From Guillardia theta CCMP2712 (Eukaryota > Protista > Cryptophyta): a DNA stretch of 64,000 nt. The stretch lies in NCBI RefSeq assembly GCF_000315625.1, contig NW_005434629.1, positions 332,409-396,408 on the forward strand. The letters are read 5' to 3'. Positions 24,965 to 36,000 of this stretch are shown piece after piece. Positions within the stretch are counted from its first letter, which is position 1. Every line of letters starts with the position of its first letter. Position numbers and translations under genes: made by a program. Below the pieces are notes generated by a model. The model did not search any database. It was not told where the DNA came from and was given only the letters and a program-made list of their open reading frames with translations.

Positions 24965-26424
24965 TTATGGACAAATTCTAGCAAAGTTGCAGGTCCTTTC
25001 ATGGCTCAACACAGCTTCGTATGGGCCTGCGTCACAAAAGTCATCAGAGGCGTTCACCGTACGGTTGTATCGCCAGCATTTTGACTGCGGCACCTTACCA
25101 GAAAATCCACATTGGCCTTGACAAAAGAAATGTTTATGGGCAGAGAGCTCGTGGTCAAAGACAAGCTGGTATGTCCCACCAAATCCGCATCCAAAGGAAC
25201 AGAAGTAATGATCACTGAAGCCCTGGCCGCTGGCTGGTGGTGTGTTGGCTGCAGTCTGTAGCAAGCTTTCGGGAACAGCTCCTAGATCAAGTGATGGAAA
25301 CCCTAACGAGCAACTGCTTTCATGCTTAGACACTGCGCTGTAGGACCCATGAAATCCACATCCAAACGAGCACAGAAAAGAAGCATCGCTGGCATAACCA
25401 GTTAGCTCAAAAGTTTGAATACAGAATTGAGAACAACCCAGTGTCAGATTTTTCTTTCTGTTTTGGGGAAGATTCTTTGGGAACCTCAGGCGTCACAGCG
25501 CTTTTCTGTTCGGATGCTGCAGCCTGATCGCAACACCTCTGTCAGGGATTGTGTAACAGATTGCAAATTGAGCAATCAGCAAACCTGTCGAGGTAGATCA
25601 GGTTCAGCTTTCACGTCATAAGAATTGATCTCTTGAACTGCAAATCCCATCAATCGAGTCTTTGAGGCAGAAGAACAAGCATATTGCACTCACTTGTCTT
25701 CCACAAGAAGTCGTCAGCAGGCAAAGGATGGTTGCCGTTGGTCGTTTCGGATGCTTGAGGATCCTTGTGCGTTTCCTTAGGATTCATATCCTTCGGTGCT
25801 GGCTCTTTGGAACTGCCTGCATCCTTTTCCGACCTGATCCACAATAGCATCTTCAAGGCTTTTCTTTCGTCAACCAGGCCAAGCTTCAATGCAGGAATGT
25901 CCTCCAGTGATACGTGCTCGTAAAGATCCTCTACGCACAGAATCTTGTTCTGTCTAAAGATCTTGAAAGCTGAGTCTGAGAGCCTCCATTCATGCATCAG
26001 TTTGGTCAATTCTTCATCCTGTCACAACAATCACAACTGTATATGAGCGAAGGTGAAAATTCACCAACACATCGATGTCTTCGTTTTGGGCTGCTCTGCT
26101 TGAGTCAAGTAATGACTCGTCCATGCCATAGTTCTGAACAGTCCACCCAGGGGCACGGGTTGCGTTGGGATTAGCTCTAACTAATATGAGAGATTGGTCA
26201 GCTAGATTTCCCTGCTGTCTGAATGGCAGAAATGAATTCCCTGGATTTGCATAAGCCTCTACGATGCCCGGTTTTCCGTTGCTGCTGAATTGAATAATTG
26301 CTTCGAGTTCTTGTTTTGTGAGGCGATGAATGTTGTTTGAGTCAGAAAATTGAAGCTGGTTGCCATCAAATGCCAACGCACTCTTCATGGCTTTGTTCTT
26401 AAGTGAAACCCTGCGATTGAGCAT
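24965..26424 (-). CDS. SAM-like domain plus repeated C-x3-CGFxGxYxxVxxHExxC Zn-finger-like motifs (spliced)
   Basis: LMHEWRLSDSAFKIFRQNKILCVEDL..EDIPALKLGLVDERKALKML is SAM-like. Repeats: FLCSFGCGFHGSYSAVSKHESSC, YFCSFGCGFGGTYQLVFDHE, FFCQGQCGFSG|PYEAVLSHERTC. Confidence 0.6.
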
Positions 26425-27223
26425 CAGCTAATCCTCAGATTGAATTCAATCAAGCATTAACATCACGAATTGACTTGTACAATGCTAACAGTAACCTCTG
26501 TGGACTGCTTTTCTACGAACAAACGTTCAACAACACTGTCAGCAAACATGATCATATATCCCCATGACGTTATCATCGAACTTCCGAATCTCTAGGCCAG
26601 GCGCCATAAATGCTGACAAACCCTAAGCAATTTTAGTGCTCGAGTCTCGTTCAGTTCCCGGCCACTCAGCGACTCAGTCAGATGTCACTGTCACTGAACT
26701 CGGAATCATTGACTCAGTGACTTGTAACTCTACTCTGCCATCTCTGCCTCTCAGCCCGTCTGCCTCAGGCATACTGCCGCGCTCATACTCAGGCTCTCTA
26801 GTTTCATACGCCACAATGCCATCAGTGAAGTTGAAACAATTTGACGAGTCCTCCTACCTCGGCGACTCGCTGGACCCCTCCTTTTCTCCAAGTCAACTAC
26901 CAAACTTGCTCCCACCCCTCCTACCCCCCACCCCATCCACTAAATTGAAACTTGAACCAGGACCTCACTACATCCGAGACCCCCTATTCTGACCGCCATC
27001 ACCCCCTGTTTTGCTCTACAGATGTACCCCTCTTTGTACTTCTAACGGATACTTGCACCACCCCCTTTCCTACCGTACCGTAGGCTGCTGCAGTGCTGAC
27101 CCTTGCGCTCTCAAGGGTTTCAGTTTTCTCGGCGCCGGTAGTCAAATCCCGTTGAGTCAGAGTTTAACTCAAAGTTAAGTTAAAGTTCAATAGGGTCGGC
27201 CCGGCTACGTAGGAGTCCGAGGT

Positions 27224-27445
27224 AAGGTATCAGTTAAGTTTGGGGGACAGCAGTCGGCAGGATTCATGATTGGGTTTGGTTCTCGCTGTCTTTTCTCTTC
27301 TCGCCGTTTGGCCTGGCAGGCTGTGCGACAGTGTCAGGGTCAAGCAAAAGGAGTCCCGTGGCAGCACTGAGCTCCGGCCCGGGCCCGGCAGCGTCCCGGT
27401 CCGTTTACTCAAAGTTAAGTTTAAAAATCAGTACGAGACACTCAA
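27224..27445 (+). repeat. Interspersed repeat, copy A, followed by an inverted terminal motif
   Basis: AAGGTATCAGTTAAGTTTGGGGGACAGCAGTCGGCAG...GGTTTGGTTCTCGCTGTCTTTTCTC...GTGCGACAGTGTCAGGGTCAAGC is shared with 29390-29590 and 62528-62712. Confidence 0.85.
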
Positions 27446-27486
27446 ACGGGTGCAAGTGGGGATGAGGGTACAGCTGCAGCGGCAGC

Positions 27487-28885
27487 ATGTCGCTGTCGAA
27501 TGCAGATTTCGCGCAGTTGTATGCGTCAAGCCGAAGAGACGAGTACGATGGTGAGTGTGTTATGAGAGTGAATGTAGCTGTTGCAAACAAGACTTGCCTG
27601 GCTGCATTCAGAAGGGGGGGAATGTTTTGATGACGAGGAAGATTGTGCGGGGGAGAGGGTGTGGGGAGGGAATGATATCACAAAGAAGTTTTCAACAAGA
27701 TTTGAACGATGCAGCAGACATTCCACGGAAGCGAGGTGGAGGTGATTCATCTTCACACAAGGCGAAGAAGCATAAACCTCGTCCCTACAACCCCAAAAAG
27801 TGAAGTGCAAGGCTCGGATGTGTAATTCACTGAACAGTGTATGCTAGGCAAATGGAGCGGGACGAAGAGAAAGTGGATAGTCAATATCGAGACAGGGCGA
27901 AAGAGAGGCGCATGGGGATCAGTTCAGAGTTCATGATCTCGGAAGATGCCGTCAAAGATCTCACAGTGGAAGAGAGCAAATATCTTGGAGGTGACATGGA
28001 GCATACTCATTTGGTGAAGGGACTCGATTTTGCCCTCCTCGCAAAGATGAGGAGCGAGATGCAAACTGCAGAAGAGGATGAGGAAGCAAAACGAGAAGAA
28101 ATGGAGGCCAATGCCCAGAAAGTTGAAGTTACCACGGGGCTAGGGAAAGCGATGAAACGATTTCTTATTTCAGAATCGGCGGTGCATTATCTATTCTTGC
28201 AAGTCAACATCTGATTACTTGTCCAGGTGAAGGCCAGGACTAAAGTTGATATCTTTCTTCCTGGAAGAACTACATTCGTATATGACTTAGATGATACGTT
28301 TGGGTCGGAGATTCCAACCACCATTTCGAGGTTTGCTTTGATATCCGCCATTTCACCAGACCGAGAAAATATGCAGATTCTGAATGTCATGCGTAGGTCT
28401 TTGGAGGATTCCAAGTTTGCTAGGAGGGATACCAGAACCATGCTTATCAACAAGACCATCATGAACGGAATATCTACAATCATGGGATACATCAGACAGG
28501 TTGTTGCACGTAGCAAATCTTGTTCCAACAAGCTGATGAACTTGAAGGGGAACAAACCTGTATCTAGAAAGATCAAGAAAAAGGAAAAGGATTCGGTTAG
28601 ATATTTTTATCATCAGTGCTTGTATAAGGATGCTGACTTGTAGCAGCAGGAAGATCAACCCGTTTCAATGCTCACCTCACAACCTGGTGAGAAAGCTCTC
28701 GCCCATTCTTGTGCTCGTGCAATGGTTTCTAATCGATCATTACAGTGGCAAAGCCGATCGTTCCTGATGAAGACATCTTCGATGATGCTGGTGAGCAAGA
28801 ACCAACTGATGGTGGAAGTCGCCATTGACTTATGCAAACAGGGGAGTACGACCTTACCATGAGAGCTGCAGAGAAAATTAATTAG
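27487..28885 (+). CDS. IK: RED/IK family spliceosomal protein (RED_N domain)
   Basis: MSLSNADF..., YRDRAKERR, EESKYLGGDMEHTHLVKGLDFALL, FLPGRTTFVYDL..EIPTTI, DEDIFDDAGEY. Confidence 0.9.
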
Positions 28886-29139
28886 CTGAACTTTTGTGGG
28901 TCACCTATCAACGCGAAATAGGTTTGACTTCATAAAGTGTATCTATCCGGTGAAGTGTATCTAATCAACGGTACGGACGACGTTGATCAGAACGGTGAGG
29001 GCCGAGGAGTCCTATTTGATGCCGCAATCACCGATCAAGTTGGCAAGCGGCCCGGCCCGGCCAATTGCCGGTGGCAAAGCCTTAAATACAAAAAAATTCA
29101 AAACGGCAGTGACCCAGGCCCCACGGACTACCGTACTAG

Positions 29140-29590
29140 TCTGGATGGTCTCTCGGGGCCTCGCAAGACGTCTCACAGAGTCAGGTGATCCGACTTGCAA
29201 ACTTTCAACGCATCCGGTCCATTATCTTTCGTCAGCTCAAGGCCTCCCTGTCCTTCGCTGCCATCATCGGGAGTCGCGGGTGCATTCCGGTATGCGTCTC
29301 ATTCCTTCGGCGGCGGCCACAGCGCATGATCATCGGATATCGCTGGCCCGCCATGGCGCGGCCCGGGGGAATTGTCCTGCGCGCCGCGTAAGGTACTGTA
29401 TCAGTTAAGTTTAGCCGGGGACCGTACAGCTGAGTGGGCACTGCAGGATTAGCCGGGTTTGGTTCTCGCTGTCTTTTCTCTTCTCGCCGTTTGGCTGTGC
29501 GACAGTGTCAGGGTCAAGCCTCCTCGACTCTCCTGCTTGTCCTCGTACCGTACCGTAGTGATCTTCACTGTCAACTGAGTAAAAGAAAAG
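29140..29590 (+). repeat. Interspersed repeat, copy B
   Basis: Aligns over about 450 bp to 62258-62712 (GTGATCCGACTTGCAAAC..CTTTCGTCAGCTCAAGGCCTCCCTGTCCT..TGCGTCTCATTCCTTCGG..). Confidence 0.85.
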
Positions 29591-30024
29591 AAGTCCAGTA
29601 CGACGGTACCGGGTACCCTCACTGCGGCCGGTAAGCGCTACGGCGTAGTACAAAGTACACCGACGGTGGTACCGCCGGTGCCAAGTTGAAAATTCACTTT
29701 TGAATTTGAAGTTGAGGGGAGTTGCGCCCGGCCCATTGGCTGACTCGGCCCGTGACAGGCCCTCCATGGCAGCCGTAAATGTATCTTCAAACTTTTTCAA
29801 TCCTAACCCCTAATTTTGAAACTTGAAAAAGGAATGATATCTACCAAGGTGTAATTTTTCAGATATCGGCCATAAACTTCACCCAAAGAGCAGCAAAAAT
29901 TTATCTGGTAGTAGTGATGGAGCAAGGTGATTTTCCGAGAAAGACAATGATAAGAAGAAGGTCGCTTGTGTGAGCAGAGAAGGGATCCAACGAAAAAGAA
30001 CCTGCAGTGCGAACAATTCGTTGG

Positions 30025-33000
30025 ATGCGAGAGCCATCAATACGAGCATGCACTGGCCCGCTGTCAGTGCTCGTTAGCATCGTTATCTGTTTTATCAATG
30101 CAGAAAGACAGCCTGCTTGGCACGGACCCGATGCTAGTTTGTCTTTCATTAACTTCGAAGAACATGTCCAATTGAGAAGCAGTCGTATAGTCTCTGTGTG
30201 TGATCTTGCGATCAGCTTTGGAGGGTTGTCGCATGAAGGCAAGGATTGCAGATGTAACTCTGCGTAACACCACTAACAACGGTTTCAGGACGAACAAACC
30301 GTCTGATTGCGTTGGATATATCTAATAAACAAGCAGTGCATCTAAATTCAAGTGGAGCCCTTCCCAGCCCACGATCTAGTCATGCAATGTCAACTGTGAA
30401 CAACACTGTCGTCCTGCATGGTGGCATCACGAATAAAGGTCGTGGGCATTACTTTCTTTGAGCCCATTCTGTCATCCTTTCTCACTGGTTCCTTGTTCGC
30501 AGGATATACAAGTGAGATGTACCTGCTAGATGTCACGTCGATGCGATGGATAAGCAAATCTCCACCAGGGACATACGGGCACTCGCTCATCACCGCCTCG
30601 AACAAGATCATCTTATTCGGAGGGGCAACGGATTCAGGTCTTCTGCTGTGACTTGCTGTGACCTTGTCACCTTGAGGGCTCAGGATTTTCAAACCAGCTC
30701 TATGTGTTTGACTCCAAGTATAATACATGGGCGCTTGTAACTGATGGCGGAACAATGGTGCCTCCTGCCCGCTACTATCACGCGGTAGCAAGTAGAGATA
30801 AGACCATGTTTCTTTTCGGGGGGATGAACGACGAAGGTGAGCTATGCACTCAACCGCCATGCTCTGCGATTGAATATTCGTGCAGCATACCTCGACGATC
30901 TTTACGCTCTAGATACGGAAGAGTACGTCTGGACTTTGATAGAGGCAAACGGTGAAAGACCCAACGGACGAGGAAGTCATGCCATGGTGTTTGTTGATCA
31001 GCTTCTATTCATGTTTGGTGGCTACTCTTACCGTAATTTCTCTCTTTCGCTGCTCGGCTCACGCTCATGCTCGTGCTCATACATTCTTTAAGGTTTGAGC
31101 AACGAGCTCTTCGTCCTCAACACCTCCTCCTTGACATGGTCCCAGCCCCTCGCTTCCGGTCAGCCACCCTCGCCAAGGATGCATCACTCCATGGTGTGTG
31201 AGGGGAAGAACATCTACATCTACGGGGGGGAGACGGAGAGCGGTAAGGAGAAAGGGAGAAGGAGGATCGAGGGAGGAGGTGGGGGAAGTGAAATCACTTG
31301 TGTGTTTTGCGTCGCAGAATATTCAGACGAACTTTTCGTCTTGGACACGGGAACTTTACATTGGCGATTGTTGTATCCTCCAGGTCGAATCAGAAGCTCT
31401 ATGTCATCGTTTGGGAGTTTGATCGTCATGTTTGGAGGATATGCTAGCAATCAGAGTAAGCACTGCAGCTGTGTGTCCGAATAGTCCTTCAAATTTAATT
31501 CCTATTCCTTGTTCCAGAGTTGTCATCTGATCTTTTTGTTCTGGACGCGCATAGTATGCAGTGGAACTCTCCTCCAATGTCCGGCCCCTTGCCGTCAGCT
31601 CGTTGGGGCCACAAGACCGTAGTGGTAGAGGATCGTCTCTTTCTCTTCGGAGGAGATACTGACACCGGTTTGTACTTGCTGCTTGATACTTGACACGCTC
31701 ATAGTGCTGTAGTGTACTCTGATGAGCTCTATGAGCTCAACCTTGTTTCTATGACATGGTCTCTCAAAGAAAAGAAAGACCCCACGCCGAGTGCAAGATG
31801 GGGTCACGCGATGGTAGCGGCAAGAGATGGCGTTTTTCTATTTGGTGGCAAAGCAGCGAATGGTAATCCTTGCTTGTGCTTAATTTTACCAGTGACAGCA
31901 AATAGGTTATCAGAATGATCTTTATCTTCTTGATGTCTCATCTTGTACCTGGAAACTTCTTGAGACCAACGGAACGAAACCATGGCCTCGCTGGACTCCC
32001 GCCATGGCGACTCATTCCGGCTCAATCTTGCTCTTTGGCGGATACGGCATCCATGGTTACTCGAATGAGCTTTATTTGCTCGACACAGAGCAAATGAGCT
32101 GGAGGGTAGCTCAAGTCAGTGGGTCGATCCCATCTCCTCGATCTGAGTCAGCCATGGCTGTGATAAATGACATGCTCTACGTCATCGGAGGTGTCGATGT
32201 CGAAGGTCTGAGACACTGTGTCCTCAGCCAACACAGCTGATGGTGTGTGGCAGGCGCGCTGAACGACATGTTCGTGCTGGATCTCACTGACAGCATCTGG
32301 AAGCAAGAGCAGCCAGTGAAAAGTTGGTCCAGGGCATGGGGACAGGCGTCCTCCACAATCAACAAGACAATCTTCGTGTACGGTGGCTACACCGGATCCG
32401 GTGATATGTTTCCGGTGATGTTCTGATTTTGTGATACCTTTGCTGTAGATTTTCTGTCTGATCTCATCATCTATGATGTGTCAACCATGCAAGATGATGT
32501 GTTAGCAAGCCCCACAGGGAGATGTGCTCACTCAGCAACCATGGTGGACAAATCGATGCTTGTGTTCGGCGGCTATGGAAACACAGGTTACTACTGCTCT
32601 GACGCGGTTCTTTTATGATCCGATGTAATGCAGGATCGTCACTAGACATGTACAAGTTACAACTATCCAATCTGCGATGGTCCCTCGAGGATGGTGGGGG
32701 ATACGCTCCTCTGGTGAAGTCCTACGGACAAGGTATGGCAGCGGTTGAAAGCGATGTTTACACCTTTGGAGGATACACAAATCGAGGTAATGGTTGATGA
32801 ATTCAGCCCCCGAAAAGTGGTTCAAACAGAACTTGATTCTTTTGCTGTGTATTGTAGGATACTCTGCAGAATTTTTCAAGTTTGATCTTGTCAAGGGCGC
32901 ATGGGAATTTGTTTGGCCTCGATCTCGAGCAGGTCATTCAAGCGTTACGATTAACTCAGAGCAGATCGCTTTGTTTGGAGGCTACAGCGGATACGGTGAG

Positions 33001-36000
33001 GAGCAAGGGATGAAAGCGGAGGGAATACAGCTGACATGCTTGTACTTGAAGGGTTCCTTGATGAGCTCGTCCTCTTCAACATCTCAAATCTGCAATGGAC
33101 TCTGCCGGAAACGACTGGAACCAAACCTCTGGCACGCTATGGGCATGCAATGACGGCTGTCGGGGATGAAGTCTTTGTTCACGGAGGATATACTTCCAAT
33201 GGTAGACCTGCTTGAGCGACCTCTCTTGACATCTCTCTCACTGCTTTACAGGACTTGCCGCTGATCTCCACACCTTTAACACAAAATCCGCAACCTGGTC
33301 GTACGTCTCCACAGCAAATTTTCCACCTGCGAGATATGCTCATGGAATAGCAGCAGTCGGCAATCACTTGTACCTTTTTGGGGGACTCTCTTACAGTGGT
33401 GAGTAATCTGTGTTCTTGGACATGGCAATCTTCTCGATCACACCTCTCTCTCGCCCTGTTCATGCATCAATCATGTTTGTTACACAGAACGTCACATTCA
33501 CCATTTCCATTGTACTGCAGGTTTCTCGACAGACCTCTACGTTCTTGACCTGAGTTCCATGCAATGGGAACGACACATAAAGAGGACAAACCCTCGGTAT
33601 GACGTTGGAATGACCGCGGTCAATCGGCTCTTGGTGTTCGTAGGAGGATATTTTGATCAAGGTATTCGAAGTGAGGAAACGTCATCTGCAGGAGCTAAAG
33701 TACTTGACAGATCCCCAGCCCATGTTTGCAATCTTCAACAGCAGCTCAATGTCTTGGATCAATCTCTCTATTCAGAAGAAACCGATCGGACGTCGAGCAA
33801 CAGCGTCCTTTGCCTCTAGTAACAAGCTCTATGTCCATGGGGGACAAAGCATCAAAGGTTGTTGTCAGCTTCGAGTGACGGTTCAATGAAATGCTGTCGA
33901 AGGATATTCCGCTGAGCTGATGGCCTTTGACAAGAACTCCATGACATGGACATACCTCACCCCACAGAGTCGATCTGCTGCTGCAATGTGTGCTGTTGGC
34001 GATCTCCTCTACATCCACGGGGGTGATACCGATACCGGTGACGAGTCACGAGTCGAAAGTGCTTGTTATTCATCTCTCCCTCAGGTCTTAATGACGAGCT
34101 CTTCGTCCTCAACACCTCCTCCTTGACATGGTCCCAGCCCCTCGCTTCTGGTCAGCCACCCTCGCCAAGGATGCATCACTCCATGGTATGTGAGGGGAAG
34201 AACATCTACATCTACGGGGGGGAGACGGAGAGCGGTAAGGAGAAAGGGAGAAGGAGGATCGAATTGACCAGGGAGTATTTGGCAGAATATTCCGACGAGC
34301 TTTTCCTGCTGAACATAAATACAGCAATTTGGGTCAAAGTGACGCAGGTGGGAGAAAAGCCTTCAGCGAGATCAGGTCAAGCTATGGTCGAGCACGACGG
34401 TCTTGTGTATGTACATGGAGGGCTCACGGCAGATGGTGATGGAGAAATAAGTTCATGTTTCGAGGCTTGACATAGAGCTTTAAGGACTCTCTTCCGAACT
34501 CTTCGCGCTGGACATTGCCAACATGCGATGGAGCAAATTACAGGGCAATGACACGATGCCATCAGCTAGGAGGGGACACAGCCTGGTGTCTGTCGGAGAA
34601 AGCCTCTTCTTGTTTGGCGGAAAGCTTGCTGCAGGTAGACTGATAAGGAAACAAGCAGTTACTGAAGGGTCCTACAGGTTCTTCTAATGAAGTCTTCCTA
34701 TATGATTCTTCCTCCAACTCTTGGACCTTGCTGCAGCCATCTGCTGCCTCTGAGCCTTCTGCTCGATATGCTCACGCCATGTCAGCTGAACGAGAACTGG
34801 TGTACATGTTGGGGGGGATGACGGAGACAGGTACTGCAAGTCTAGCCCTGAAGCTGCGTCACTGTGATCCGATCCTGTTCTAGGGATTTCTGATGAGTTC
34901 TGGTTGTTCAACATGAGCTCAAACACATGGGAGAGAAAAGTGCTGACTTCTGCATTCTCTTCAAAGTATGCTTCAACCATTGCCCTTGTGAATAACCGCC
35001 TCTTCTCATTCGGCGGTGAAACATCCAATGGTAAGTGAATCATCTACCCATCAGCTGATGTTGAGGCCCTGATTGTTTCTCGCAGGGGTTGTGGATGATC
35101 TGGACGTGATCAGCACGCAATCGTTGGATCTTCTTCACAATCCAGACAAGCCTGACGCTCGTGTTGGTCACTCGATCGTTCTGGTCGGAGGCTCCGCGTA
35201 TCTCTTCGGGGGTTACACAAACGATGGTAAGGAAAACTGATCAGCTCATTCCTTGCAAATTGATAGTCTTGCGTGCAAGGGTTCTCCGGGGATCTCTTCA
35301 GCTATGACATCCTCTCATCCAAATGGTCGAGGTTGTTGACGACAGGAAGTGCTCCCGGTGCTCGAGAATTTCATGCTATGGCCGCTGGTGGGACGGACAT
35401 TTTCGTGTTCGGTGGCGTCTGTGACTCAGGTCGTCTTATCGCTTCCTCGCCAATCTGAGCCTGAAGCTGCAGGATACTTGAATGACTTGTTTGTCCTCGA
35501 CACGAACTCCATGCGATGGTCAGCCCCCGCCCTCTCTGGGTCTCCTCCGCCTCCTTGCATCGGAAGTTCGATGGCTGCGTATGCTGGCGGCATATTCCTG
35601 TTGGGGGGATATGGCTATAACGGTATGACAAAAAGATGCGCCAAGGAGTGATGACTCGCGTGCAGGATATTACGATCAGTTGTATAGGCTGGACGTGGAG
35701 ACGTCGAGCTGGGGTATAGCTGAAGTTACAGGTTCCCAACCATCGCCTCGTGCAAATCAGGGGCTGATAGTGAGAGACGACAAACTTTACTTGTTCGGAG
35801 GAGACTGCTTCTTAGGTGCGATTCCGATTGCAGCGAATGTTGCCATCAGAGTGGATGGATGTTCTGAATGTCTGTGTAGTGATGAGTTGTCCAATTGTGT
35901 TCATGCATCGAGCTTGACATGTGAAAGCGACAATGAGAACAAGGATCAAACAATTTGATCGGTAACTCTTACGACAGCATGGTCAAACGAATTTCACATC

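Noticed and set aside
26636-26992. 118-aa Pro/Ser-rich ORF
   Set aside because: Low complexity, lies in ACCC-rich intergenic DNA, no supporting features.
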